Shown here: positions 20,692 to 30,281 of the stretch, piece by piece
Position numbering within the stretch: position 1 is the first letter of the stretch
How the letters are laid out: each line of letters begins with the position of its first letter
Assembly: GCA_002372235.1 (NCBI GenBank)
Contig: DFJI01000010.1
Coordinates: forward strand, 13,773-77,772
Origin: Prevotella sp. UBA3675
GTDB taxonomy: Bacteria; Bacteroidota; Bacteroidia; Bacteroidales; Bacteroidaceae
Length of the DNA: 64,000 bases
Direction of reading: 5' to 3'
Notes under the pieces: generated by a model
The model's input: the letters and a program-made list of their open reading frames with translations, nothing else
Told to the model about the DNA's origin: nothing
Database searches by the model: none
Translations under genes and position numbers: made by a program

Positions 20692-22080
20692 ATGGACAGA
20701 AGAGAGTTTTTAAAATACTTCGGTGCCGGCACGGCCACTGCTCTGATAGCAGCCTGCACCGGAAAGAAACAGGAATCAAAGGCTACTGAGGAATACAAAA
20801 AACAGGTGGAGCCCCCACTCGGCCAAATGACCTACCGTACAAACCACAAGACGGGCGACATCGTATCGCTGCTGGGCTACGGCATGATGCGCCTGCCAAC
20901 AGTGGGCGAAGGCTCGGCCCGCGAGAATCCCGACGACATAGACCAGGAGATGGTGAACCGGCAAGTTGACTATGCCATCGAACACGGCCTGAACTATTTC
21001 GACACAAGCCCCGCCTACTGTCGCGGCCTCTCAGAACGCTGCACGGGCATTGCCCTTTCCCGCCATAAGCGTAGCGAGTACTTTGTGGCTACGAAGCTAT
21101 CCAACTTCAACGAAGCCACATGGTCACGCGAAGCATCTATTGAGATGTACCATAACTCCATGAAGGAGCTTCAGGTGGATTACATCGACTACTACCTGTT
21201 GCACGGCATCGGCATGGGGGGCATGGAGGCACTCAAGGGGCGCTATCTGCAGAACGGAGTGCTCGACTTCCTTTTAGAGGAACGCAAAGCCGGACGCATA
21301 CGCAACCTGGGCTTCTCGTATCATGGCGACATCGAGGTGTTCGACTACCTGCTGTCACTCAACAACAAGTATCAATGGGACTTCGTGCAGATTGAGCTGA
21401 ACTACTTGGACTGGGAGTATGCCAACGAGATAAACAGCCGCAACACCGATGCACGCTACCTCTACGGGCGACTGCACGACCTCGACATTCCTGCCGTGAT
21501 CATGGAGCCGCTATTAGGCGGACGACTGGCCAACCTGCCGCAATATCTGGTAAAAGAGCTGAAGGCAAAGGATCCTGAACGCTCGGTAGCCTCATGGGCC
21601 TTCCGCTATGCAGGTACGCCCAAAGGCGTGCTGACGGTGCTGAGCGGCATGACGTACATGGAGCACCTGAAGGACAACCTGCTGAGCTATTGTCCGCTGA
21701 AGCCCCTTTCAGAAGAGGACATGCGCTATCTGGATACCGAAATAGCCAGGAAGATAGTGGGACTGGAGAACATTCCCTGCAACGACTGCAAATACTGCAT
21801 GCCCTGTCCTTACGGAGTGGATATCCCGGGCATCTTCGTCCACTATAACAAATGCAAGAACGAAGGCATTCTGCCTCGCGACGCAGGCGACCCGGAATAT
21901 CGCACTAACCGAAGGAAATACCTCATCAGTCTGGACCGTGCCATCGCACGCGACCGACAACCTGATCACTGTATAGGCTGCGGACAATGTGAGCCGCATT
22001 GTCCGCAAAAGATTCGCATTCCGCGAGAGCTACAGAAACTGGATCAGATGATTGAGGAGTTGAAGAGGACGAGCGATTAG
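20692..22080 (+). CDS. Tat-signal lipoprotein aldo/keto reductase with C-terminal 4Fe-4S dicluster
   Basis: MDRREFLK twin-arginine motif, IAAC lipobox, AKR motifs LGYGMMRLP, FDTSPAY, ATKL, LLHG, and C-terminal CNDCKYCMPCP and CIGCGQCEPHCP. Alternative start at 20677. Confidence 0.9.
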   Translation: MDRREFLKYFGAGTATALIAACTGKKQESKATEEYKKQVEPPLGQMTYRTNHKTGDIVSLLGYGMMRLPTVGEGSARENPDDIDQEMVNRQVDYAIEHGLNYFDTSPAYCRGLSERCTGIALSRHKRSEYFVATKLSNFNEATWSREASIEMYHNSMKELQVDYIDYYLLHGIGMGGMEALKGRYLQNGVLDFLLEERKAGRIRNLGFSYHGDIEVFDYLLSLNNKYQWDFVQIELNYLDWEYANEINSRNTDARYLYGRLHDLDIPAVIMEPLLGGRLANLPQYLVKELKAKDPERSVASWAFRYAGTPKGVLTVLSGMTYMEHLKDNLLSYCPLKPLSEEDMRYLDTEIARKIVGLENIPCNDCKYCMPCPYGVDIPGIFVHYNKCKNEGILPRDAGDPEYRTNRRKYLISLDRAIARDRQPDHCIGCGQCEPHCPQKIRIPRELQKLDQMIEELKRTSD

Positions 22081-22106
22081 TGATTTTATATACACAGTAC
22101 AGCGGT

Positions 22107-23333
22107 TCAGACAAATGATTCTGAGCCGCTGTACTTTCTTACTAAACAGACTGAAATCAAGGTGACTACGGAAAGTGACAAGGTGGTGATGAAAAAACTA
22201 TTATACCCCATCTGCACCTGAAGCAGCCCCGACAGTGCACAGGCCGCCATCATGGATACTGCCATCAGAGACTTGGCCAGTTTCTTATTTGGCAAAGAAG
22301 TCTGATAAGCCAGATATGCCGACAGTCCCAGCCCATAGGCCAGCTGTTCTATGAGCACGCTAAGGCTCACCAACCACATTTCGGATGGCTGCCAATAGCT
22401 CAACAACGTATAAACGATGCTGGGAAGAGCCAACACCACGCCCATCGGCACCAACAACGGCCCTACCCCAAGCCTACGAACCAACTTGTTGCCTGCCACC
22501 ACACCGATGGTGACACCCAACACGCCCACCGTTCCCATCACGAAGCCGAACTCTTGAGGGGAGAACCCTAAGCCGCCACTGCTCCGATTCTCGACAAGGA
22601 ACAGGACGGCCATTTTTCCCTGCATGATGGCTGCAAAGAGAAAGGTGAGGAGGAACATGACTGAGGCAGCGGGCAGACGATGGCCCGTCACGCTCTCCAA
22701 TGCCGCTTCATCCTGATGCAGCTGCAAGCCTCGGGGCCTCAGACGACTCAGACACATCAAATGCCAAAAGAACAGTAAGAGGAAGATAAGGGCCACGCAG
22801 TAAGTCGTGTAGCGCCAGGAGAACACTTGCGCATTGCGATAGACCACCTGCAGGTTTCCTACCAGCATCACCAGTACGCCCAACCCTACGACATCAGCCA
22901 GCTTACGCGACAGTTCCCTGACAGTCCTGTAAGTCGCTGAATCCTCCTTACCCACCGCCACCTTATAGAATGTATCTACAGCCACGTTATGCACCGAAGT
23001 GAGACATGCGATGAGCAGCAACAGGACGAGTGTCATCCACAACGAGGAGAGGACAAAAGCCAGCACCGTGAAAGCCATGACGAGCAACAGCTCTGTCAAG
23101 AGAATGATTCGCTGGCTGTTGCGCTGCCAATCGACGAGCGGCTTCCACTTATATTTCAGCACCCAAGGCAAATAGCAAAGTGCTACGCAGGCGGTGGTCT
23201 CAGCATTGTCAAGCCCCGTCTGCCGCAGCATGAGAAGCGACACGAAGAACACAATGACATAGAGTAGTCCCTTTGCAAAATACAAAGTGGGCAACCACCT
23301 CAATGTGCTCATCTGTTCGCTATTGTGCTTCAT
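22107..23333 (-). CDS. Divergent AmpG-like MFS transporter (paralogue of the upstream gene)
   Basis: WLPTLYFAKGL, YLPWVLKYKWKPLVD, GGLGFS..EFG, EQLAYGLG align with the 424-aa neighbour. Confidence 0.75.
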   Translation of the reverse strand: MKHNSEQMSTLRWLPTLYFAKGLLYVIVFFVSLLMLRQTGLDNAETTACVALCYLPWVLKYKWKPLVDWQRNSQRIILLTELLLVMAFTVLAFVLSSLWMTLVLLLLIACLTSVHNVAVDTFYKVAVGKEDSATYRTVRELSRKLADVVGLGVLVMLVGNLQVVYRNAQVFSWRYTTYCVALIFLLLFFWHLMCLSRLRPRGLQLHQDEAALESVTGHRLPAASVMFLLTFLFAAIMQGKMAVLFLVENRSSGGLGFSPQEFGFVMGTVGVLGVTIGVVAGNKLVRRLGVGPLLVPMGVVLALPSIVYTLLSYWQPSEMWLVSLSVLIEQLAYGLGLSAYLAYQTSLPNKKLAKSLMAVSMMAACALSGLLQVQMGYNSFFITTLSLSVVTLISVCLVRKYSGSESFV

Positions 23334-23336
23334 TGC

Positions 23337-24611
23337 TTACGATTTCTTTTTACCAAACTCTGGGTCAATCTTCAGGAAGGCGCAGACCACGTAGGTTGCC
23401 AGACAGCAGACAATGGTCCAGACGAAGAAGTGCTGATAGCCGAGTGTCTCCTGCAGCCATCCTGCAACCATACCCGGCAACATCATGCCAAGGGCCATGA
23501 TACCCGTACAGATGGCATAGTGTGCCGTCTTATGCTCGCCTTCGGAGAAATAGATAAGATAGAGCATATAGGCTGTGAAGCCGAAGCCATAGCCGAATTG
23601 CTCAACAAAGATGCAGACATTGACCACTGTGAGCCCTGCGGGCTGCACGTAGCTCAGATACACATACACCAAGTCGGGCAAGGTGATGGCAAGCGCCATA
23701 GGCCACAACCACTTGCGAAGTCCGCCCTGAGCCACCGCAAAACCGCCCAGAATACCGCCCACGGTGAGTCCGATGATGCCAACTGTTCCATAGACGAAGC
23801 CCACTTCACTGGTTGTCAGTCCCAGTCCGCCCTTCTCCAACGGGTCGAGCAGGAAGGGATTGATGAGTTTCACCAGTTGCGCCTCTGGCAGACGGTAAAG
23901 CAGCATAAAGAGGATGGCCACGCCCGCGTTTTTCTTCGTGAAGAATGACTCGAAGGTTCTCACGAACTCTCGCACGATGGTCTTGGGCGAGACGTTGCTC
24001 ACGGGCTTGTCACTCACGGGGCGAGGCAGAACATACTGATGATAGAGCGATGCCAGCAGGAAGAAGGCCGACAGCACTCCGAACACCACCATCCATGCCA
24101 ACGGAATGTTGTCGGTCTGTGTTTCCAACCATCCTGCCAGTATCACCAGCAATCCCTGTCCTGCCACATTGGCAATACGATAGAAGGTGCTGCGTATTCC
24201 CACATAAAATGACTGTTCGTGGTCGTCGAGTGCGTGCATATAGAAGCCGTCGGCTGCTATATCGTGCGTAGCCGACGTGAATGCCACAAGCCAGAAGGCA
24301 GCAAGCGACAGCTGAAAGAAAAATGTTGTGGGCAGTGAGAACGCGATGCAAGCAAAGGCGATGGCGATGATGAACTGCATCGTCACCGTCCACCAGCGCT
24401 TGGTCTTCACCAAGTCAACGAAGGGGCTCCAAAACGGCTTGATGACCCAAGGCAGATAGAGCCAACCTGTGTAAAGGGCAATATCGGTATTCGATATGCC
24501 CAGACGTTTATACAAGATAACAGATATGGTCATCACTGCCACATAGGGCAGTCCTTCGGCCATATAGAGTGAAGGAATCCAGAACCAAGGATGTTTACGT
24601 TTGCTATTCAT
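23337..24611 (-). CDS. ampG: AmpG-family muropeptide MFS permease
   Basis: LPWVIKPFWSPFVD, SATHDIAADG, GGLGL, EQFGYGFG, TAHYA motifs typical of AmpG/PAT-family transporters. Confidence 0.82.
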   Translation of the reverse strand: MNSKRKHPWFWIPSLYMAEGLPYVAVMTISVILYKRLGISNTDIALYTGWLYLPWVIKPFWSPFVDLVKTKRWWTVTMQFIIAIAFACIAFSLPTTFFFQLSLAAFWLVAFTSATHDIAADGFYMHALDDHEQSFYVGIRSTFYRIANVAGQGLLVILAGWLETQTDNIPLAWMVVFGVLSAFFLLASLYHQYVLPRPVSDKPVSNVSPKTIVREFVRTFESFFTKKNAGVAILFMLLYRLPEAQLVKLINPFLLDPLEKGGLGLTTSEVGFVYGTVGIIGLTVGGILGGFAVAQGGLRKWLWPMALAITLPDLVYVYLSYVQPAGLTVVNVCIFVEQFGYGFGFTAYMLYLIYFSEGEHKTAHYAICTGIMALGMMLPGMVAGWLQETLGYQHFFVWTIVCCLATYVVCAFLKIDPEFGKKKS

Positions 24612-24641
24612 TATTATGAAATTACTAATGTGTTTATTTAC

Positions 24642-27600
24642 TTATTTATAGAGCTTCATAATCTTTGCTCCCCGATAATAGTAGAGCAAGATGTCGTCGT
24701 ACTTATAGCCGCGCTCGCCCATCACGGCTGCACCGATCTGGCAAAGTCCTACGCCGTGTCCCCAACCTCTTCCGTTGAGTACGAACAGACCGTTCTTCTT
24801 CTCTACGTCGAAGGCCGAACTATACAGATGGGTCTCACTAAGTACACGCCTGATTTCCAGTTCTTTACCAATGATGAACGAGCGCTTTGAACCGACAATC
24901 TTCAGTCGCCAGATACGACCGCTCTTGCCACGGTCCAGCGGAACGAGGTCTATGATGTCGCCAAGGTCCATCTTCAGTTTCCTATTCACGAGCTCGGTGA
25001 GCGTGGCCTGATCGTACTCCACCTTCCAGTTGTAGAAGTCGGGGGTCTCTTGGTCATAGTCATTCAGCACCTGTCGCAGGATCTTTGCATCATTGGTGTG
25101 ACAGAAAGGATCGTCAATGGAGACAAGATAGGGCTTGGGCGTGTCTTCCCAACAATATTGGAACTCCTCGGTCTTGCCGCCACAACATTTCGAAAAGCGT
25201 GCATCGCATAATTCATCGCCAAACATCAGCACCTGTCCGCGCGTGGCTTCTATCGCATCTGCTATCGTCTTGCTCGTAGCACGGGTGATGCCTTGGTAGC
25301 GCTGACAATGGTCGTCGGCACATACATCAAACAGCGTGTGGTCCTCACGGTCGTACCAGCGAATGAGTTCGTCTTCCTTTCTCACAAACGAGAAGAAGCC
25401 GTCGGTTCTCTTCTTCCCACTCTGCTCGCGTTTCCGTTTCTGTGACAGGAGCCACGAACGCGAAATGACTGCATGGGCTTTCAGCAACTCGAGCGAGGAA
25501 GTAGCACTCATTTCACTTGATATGACACTCTCCAGATATTGCTCTGTGGGCAGTTCGTTGATGGCTACGATATTGTCGGCATCTACCACCAGTCGGAGCG
25601 CACCTCTGAATTCCTGTGTCTCCTGCCGCTCCCAGTGGAAGTTGACACCAATCGTTACGTCACAGAGCGAGAACGAGGCATTCGCGCCTTGCGGTGTAAA
25701 AAGCAGTTCGCGATACTGCTGTCCATGCCAGAGTATGCCGCCTTCCGACAGTTTCACCTCCTGTTCGCCCTCGATGGTCTCGCCTTTGGCCATATAGGGC
25801 GTGTTGAGTGAGAAGCGCAGGCACTGTCTGCTCAGTATTCCCACCGCTACGACGGGTTCCTTGCGCTCAGCCGTCTCTTGACGAACGTCGAGCGATACTT
25901 CCTTCAACCGTTCCTTCAACTGGGTGAAAGCTACTTCAGAGAGCGCACACTCCCGCAAGATAGCCACCGCCTTCTCGGATGTTATCTTCTCGAAATCCTC
26001 ACCTCTTGGGGTGATGATGAGGCCGGCCATATCAAGCGACCCCGGACTGACCGTCATCTGCTCGTCGCCTGTAGCCTGATAACAGGCAGGGCGGTGTTTC
26101 TCACGGGGAAACACTACGGTCACGAGTTCTCCATTCGGCTGAGATTCGCCTCCCGTCAGCTCATACTGCCGCCAACACACTACGTTCATCATCGGCTCTA
26201 TCTCGTCGTCAGCCTTCTGCAGCTTGCCATAGAGCACGTTAAACATCCGGGCGGCCATTTTCTCCGTCTTGCTGCGAATGACCAAAGCAGGACACACATA
26301 ATCCTCAATGGATGCAATCTCAGTTTCGTCATCGAGCTTCAACAGTGTCTGCATGCTGCGGCTCAATCGCTGCCAGTCGCGCTGCAAGGGGAGCATTGAC
26401 GCGCCATCGGGCCCTTGCGTCACGCCAGCTTGCAGGTGAGCGTGGTCTGGTGCCGAGGCTCCGCACTTCGGACCGTTGTAGAACACCGTCAGGTCGGGGT
26501 ATCTGCACAACAGCTTCAGCATTTCGTCGAACATGGGCTGAATGGCCTGCGGCCTGTGTTGCAACACGGGTATGGTGAAGTGCATTGGGAGTATGGGGAA
26601 GGGATTGACGAGCAACTCAAACCGACCGTCGAGCACCCGCTTCATTTGTAGCTCAGGGCGATTCGCTCCACAGAGGAAACAAGGTCTTTCCATGATGGCC
26701 TCTTTCGACATCTTTGCACCCGTTGAGACCATGCGAGCTGGATTGTACTGCACACGCAATGGGGTCGAATCGGTTGTCAGCTCTCGCGTCTTCACTCCAG
26801 TCAGGTATCGGTATCTTTCGCGCACTTCGTCCCACGTGCGTAGCTGTCGGTCGAAGAAGCGGTTGAGCGATCCCATCTCCCCCCACTCCACCTTTCTCTC
26901 GGCTTCCGGGTCGGTTGTCCGTTCCTTTCTGCGCATGTTACGATGCTGTCGCGCCTTGATTTCCAACGTGCGCAGCTGGTCTTTATATAAATTGTTCGCG
27001 TTGATGCGGTCTATGCTCAGTGCGGCATCGCTGTTGCCCCCCCATCGGCGACACAGGTACAGCTCGTCGTAGATGCGCCCTATACGGTAGAAGCGCGAGA
27101 AGTAAAGCCCCATCGCATAGTCCTCGCCATAGGATGTGTTGGGCAGTTGCACCTGACGGAGCAGTGGCGTGAAGAAAGCACGCGGCGCCCCCAGTCCGTT
27201 GATGCGCAGGGCGTTGTTCGGTCCGTTCTCGTCGGTCCATTCCTTATGTGCAATCAGTCCGGGAGGCAGCGTGTTCAGCTCAAAATCGCACATGCGATAC
27301 GAACCGATGACCATAGCCGCCTGTTGCTTATGGAAAGCATCGACAATCGTCTGCAGCGTATTTTCCGACGAGTACAGATCGTCGGAATCCAACTGCACGG
27401 CAAAACGACCGCATCGACTGTCATTCACAGCCTCGTTCCAGCAGCCGCCTATGCCTAAGTCGCTACGCTCCGGAATGATATGGACCAAAGCCTCGCCATA
27501 TTCTTTCTTCAGTTCGCGCAGAATGTCGGTTGTTCCATCAGTAGAATGATTATCTACCACCATTATATTATAGTCGAACGTAGCTTTCTGTGAAAGCGCA

Positions 27601-28409
27601 CTCTTCACGGCATCGCGGATGGTCTTGGCACGATTATAAACGGGAATGATGACTGAAGCCTCACGCTCGAACTGCTGCTCACTGAAATCAATAGAGCGAT
27701 AGCGCGAAGTATCGACCAGCGCCCCTATTTCGCGCAAATGATTGGTTGCCACCTTTTCCATCTCCACTTGCAAGTCACGGTTGGCTGGGTTCACGTAGTC
27801 GAACTGTTTCACGCCACTGGCTCTCACATCGCGCTCCTCTTCTGTATAAAGCAGTTCGTTCAGGTGAACAAGCTCACCTTCACGACTCAGGAACAGGCGC
27901 AAGTCGTAAAGCCCGGCGAAAGAGAGTGAAGCGGTTCCCGCCTGTGCAGCCCACTTTTTCATAAGCGAGGTACGTATGAGGAGCAGCGAACCGAAGTCGA
28001 AGTCGTCGCGCACACTGCCCAACTGGTAGCCGATAGCAGGATGTTTCTCTGTGAGCACCTTGCCGTCAACGGTCTTGCGTTCATAGTGGTCGGCATATAC
28101 CATTGCAGCGGCTGCATCGGTAGCCACACGTGTCATGCGCTCCAGTGCTCCTTCACCTAACAGGAGTGGGGTCGCCTTTGTAATCAGTAGTACATAGTCA
28201 GCCGTAGCCAGCTCAGCCATTTGCCTGAGTGTAGAAGCTGCAGTCAACCGATTCTCCAAGACTAAAGTGTTCCATTTACAATAATGTTGCGCAGTTTCCA
28301 TCAACAGATAGATACTGCGCAACATTGTACTCTTGGCAAACTGTTCAGCTGTAGCTTCTGCTACAGCCATATCATCACAGGGGATGAATATATCAACAGA
28401 TTTTCTCAT
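24642..28409 (-). CDS. Triple fusion: GT2 glycosyltransferase + DUF4922 (HIT/GalT-like) + SpoIID/LytB domain
   Basis: GT-A: [32 protein letters not shown]4922: [33 protein letters not shown]. SpoIID: [40 protein letters not shown]. One uninterrupted ORF. Confidence 0.88.
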   Translation of the reverse strand: MRKSVDIFIPCDDMAVAEATAEQFAKSTMLRSIYLLMETAQHYCKWNTLVLENRLTAASTLRQMAELATADYVLLITKATPLLLGEGALERMTRVATDAAAAMVYADHYERKTVDGKVLTEKHPAIGYQLGSVRDDFDFGSLLLIRTSLMKKWAAQAGTASLSFAGLYDLRLFLSREGELVHLNELLYTEEERDVRASGVKQFDYVNPANRDLQVEMEKVATNHLREIGALVDTSRYRSIDFSEQQFEREASVIIPVYNRAKTIRDAVKSALSQKATFDYNIMVVDNHSTDGTTDILRELKKEYGEALVHIIPERSDLGIGGCWNEAVNDSRCGRFAVQLDSDDLYSSENTLQTIVDAFHKQQAAMVIGSYRMCDFELNTLPPGLIAHKEWTDENGPNNALRINGLGAPRAFFTPLLRQVQLPNTSYGEDYAMGLYFSRFYRIGRIYDELYLCRRWGGNSDAALSIDRINANNLYKDQLRTLEIKARQHRNMRRKERTTDPEAERKVEWGEMGSLNRFFDRQLRTWDEVRERYRYLTGVKTRELTTDSTPLRVQYNPARMVSTGAKMSKEAIMERPCFLCGANRPELQMKRVLDGRFELLVNPFPILPMHFTIPVLQHRPQAIQPMFDEMLKLLCRYPDLTVFYNGPKCGASAPDHAHLQAGVTQGPDGASMLPLQRDWQRLSRSMQTLLKLDDETEIASIEDYVCPALVIRSKTEKMAARMFNVLYGKLQKADDEIEPMMNVVCWRQYELTGGESQPNGELVTVVFPREKHRPACYQATGDEQMTVSPGSLDMAGLIITPRGEDFEKITSEKAVAILRECALSEVAFTQLKERLKEVSLDVRQETAERKEPVVAVGILSRQCLRFSLNTPYMAKGETIEGEQEVKLSEGGILWHGQQYRELLFTPQGANASFSLCDVTIGVNFHWERQETQEFRGALRLVVDADNIVAINELPTEQYLESVISSEMSATSSLELLKAHAVISRSWLLSQKRKREQSGKKRTDGFFSFVRKEDELIRWYDREDHTLFDVCADDHCQRYQGITRATSKTIADAIEATRGQVLMFGDELCDARFSKCCGGKTEEFQYCWEDTPKPYLVSIDDPFCHTNDAKILRQVLNDYDQETPDFYNWKVEYDQATLTELVNRKLKMDLGDIIDLVPLDRGKSGRIWRLKIVGSKRSFIIGKELEIRRVLSETHLYSSAFDVEKKNGLFVLNGRGWGHGVGLCQIGAAVMGERGYKYDDILLYYYRGAKIMKLYK

Positions 28410-28434
28410 TCGAACTAAAATGCTAATTTTTCTG

Positions 28435-28442
28435 CAAAATTA
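28435..28442 (-). promoter_or_regulatory. Bacteroidetes -7 promoter element (TAATTTTG) for the GT2 fusion-ampG operon
   Basis: Matches TAnnTTTG about 25 bp upstream of the start codon. Confidence 0.6.
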
Positions 28443-28492
28443 AACAAAATAATTCGAATTAAAGGCTTGTTCACCTTATAATTAATATTAAT

Positions 28493-29152
28493 TTAGCCAT
28501 TACGCATTTGTTCCAGCAGGCTCCGCTGCCGCTCAGAGAGCTGTGTGGGCAGCGTCACGTTGAAAGTCAGAATCAGATCAGAGCCTCCATTTCCCTTTCC
28601 GCGCAGCCTCACCTTCGAGCCAGGCTGAGTGCCGGGTTTCACCTTCAATCTCAGTTTCTGTGAGCCTAGTGACAGCACTACATCGCCACCCAACAAGGCG
28701 GTGTACATATCAATATTGACCGATGCCTGTGTGTCCTGTGGTGCGCTCTGCTGCCAGCCTGTACTTTGACCAGCACCTCTGCCGTGCATTCCGCCGAACA
28801 GGTTCTCAAAGAACGAGCTGAAGCCGCTGCCTCCTTTGAAACTACTGAAATCGAAACCTTCGAACGGAGAGCCTTCCCCCTGTCCGAAACCGCTAAAGCC
28901 ACCCTGACCGCCTCCGAACGCATCGGCCTGTCGCCACTGTTCGCCATACTGATCATACTTGCGCCGCTTTTCGGGATCGTTCAGTACGTCGTAGGCTTCA
29001 TTAAGCGCCTGAAACTTAGCCTTCGCTTTAGGGTCATCAGGATGCAAGTCGGGATGAAATTGCTTAGCCCTTTTCAGATAAGCTTTCTTTACATCCTTCT
29101 GCGCAATGTTCTTATCTACGCCTAAAATTTTGTAATAGTCAACAAATGCCAT
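28493..29152 (-). CDS. cbpA: DnaJ-class (CbpA-like) J-domain co-chaperone
   Basis: [11 protein letters not shown] motif, G/F-rich region, shortened C-terminal domain, no Zn-finger. Confidence 0.85.
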   Translation of the reverse strand: MAFVDYYKILGVDKNIAQKDVKKAYLKRAKQFHPDLHPDDPKAKAKFQALNEAYDVLNDPEKRRKYDQYGEQWRQADAFGGGQGGFSGFGQGEGSPFEGFDFSSFKGGSGFSSFFENLFGGMHGRGAGQSTGWQQSAPQDTQASVNIDMYTALLGGDVVLSLGSQKLRLKVKPGTQPGSKVRLRGKGNGGSDLILTFNVTLPTQLSERQRSLLEQMRNG

Positions 29153-29184
29153 AATCTTTCGTCTCCTTTCTTTACAGAAGTGAC

Positions 29185-29201
29185 AGCAAAAAACATGCCA
29201 A
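29185..29201 (-). promoter_or_regulatory. Sigma54-type -24/-12 promoter for cbpA
   Basis: Minus strand TTGGCATGTTTTTTGCT with GG-N10-GC spacing. Confidence 0.7.
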
Positions 29202-29320
29202 TCAAATATATCACGGTTTGAGACAGGTCTTTTGGCGATTTAAGCCGTCTTATTCGTTAAACTTGGTTAAACATTAAATGCAAAGGCAAAGCACACGCAA
29301 AGTATATGAGGAAAAATAAG

Positions 29321-29397
29321 TACCTTTGCAGCCCGAAAGAGTCCGTGGAGGCTGGGTGAAGTGTGTACGGACGTACACCGCCTTACGGAAAAACCCC
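29321..29397 (+). promoter_or_regulatory. -7 promoter (TACCTTTG) and structured 5' leader of rplU-rpmA
   Basis: Outer stem TCCGTGGAGGC/GCCTTACGGA and inner stem GTGTAC-GGAC-GTACAC. Confidence 0.55.
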
Positions 29398-29417
29398 TAA
29401 AATACAAACAAAAAACA

Positions 29418-29735
29418 ATGTACGCAATTGTAGAAATTCAGGGTCAGCAGTTCAAGGCTGAGGAGGGCAAGAAGCTCTTCGTTCACCACATGAAAGACGT
29501 GGAGGAAGGCAAGACTGTTGAATTTGACAAAGTGCTGCTCGTAGATGCCGACGGCGCTGTCAAGGTTGGCGCACCCACCGTAGATGGTGCAAAAGTAGTA
29601 GTAGAAGTAGTGAAACCGCTGGTGAAGGGCGAGAAAGTAATCGTCTTCAAGATGAAGCGCCGCAAGGACTACCGCAAACGCAACGGTCATCGCGAGCAGT
29701 TCACTCAGGTAGAAGTTAAACAGGTAATCGCTTAA
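29418..29735 (+). CDS. rplU: 50S ribosomal protein L21
   Basis: [13 protein letters not shown]...[18 protein letters not shown]. Start placed at MYAIVE. Confidence 0.97.
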   Translation: MYAIVEIQGQQFKAEEGKKLFVHHMKDVEEGKTVEFDKVLLVDADGAVKVGAPTVDGAKVVVEVVKPLVKGEKVIVFKMKRRKDYRKRNGHREQFTQVEVKQVIA

Positions 29736-29754
29736 ACGCAAGGAGGAACAAGAA

Positions 29755-30018
29755 ATGGCACATAAAAAAGGTGTAGGTAGTTCTAAGAACGGCCGCGAGA
29801 GTGCAGCACAGCGACTCGGCGTGAAAATCTGGGGTGGCCAGAAAGTGCAGGCAGGCAACATCATCGTTCGCCAGCGCGGTACGCATCACAACCCCGGCAA
29901 CGGTGTAGGTATTGGTAAGGACGACACGCTCTATGCCCTCATTGATGGCACAGTGAATTTCCACAAGGGAAAGCGCGACAAGAGCGTCGTTTCAGTAATT
30001 CCTGAAGCCGAAGCATAA
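29755..30018 (+). CDS. rpmA: 50S ribosomal protein L27
   Basis: [26 protein letters not shown]. Confidence 0.98.
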   Translation: MAHKKGVGSSKNGRESAAQRLGVKIWGGQKVQAGNIIVRQRGTHHNPGNGVGIGKDDTLYALIDGTVNFHKGKRDKSVVSVIPEAEA

Positions 30019-30064
30019 CAAAAAAAACTTACAAACAAACTTATTCCAAACAAACAACAGATAA

Positions 30065-30105
30065 GCCCTGACTCTCCAATCGGAAAGTCAGGGCCTCTGC
30101 TTTTT
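30065..30105. terminator. Intrinsic terminator between rpmA and the convergent small ORF
   Basis: Stem GCCCTGACT...AGTCAGGGC with a T-rich tail. Confidence 0.7.
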
Positions 30106-30118
30106 ATTACTCTTTTTA

Positions 30119-30271
30119 TTACTGCGTCAGCATAAGATAGACGCAGACGATAATGATGAGCAAAACTATGAAGATGACAGTCTTCATCATGCAACTGGCC
30201 ACCTTCTTGATGAGAAACACGGCTGCGATGATGGCCCCCAACAGCAGGAGATAATAAATGAGATTATCCAT
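30119..30271 (-). CDS. Small two-TM membrane protein (50 aa)
   Basis: Manual translation MDNLIYYLLLLGAIIAAVFLIKKVASCMMKTVIFIVLLIIIVCVYLMLTQ*, 10 bp downstream of the RluA gene. Not in the ORF track. Confidence 0.7.
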   Translation of the reverse strand: MDNLIYYLLLLGAIIAAVFLIKKVASCMMKTVIFIVLLIIIVCVYLMLTQ

Positions 30272-30281
30272 ACGGTCGTCT

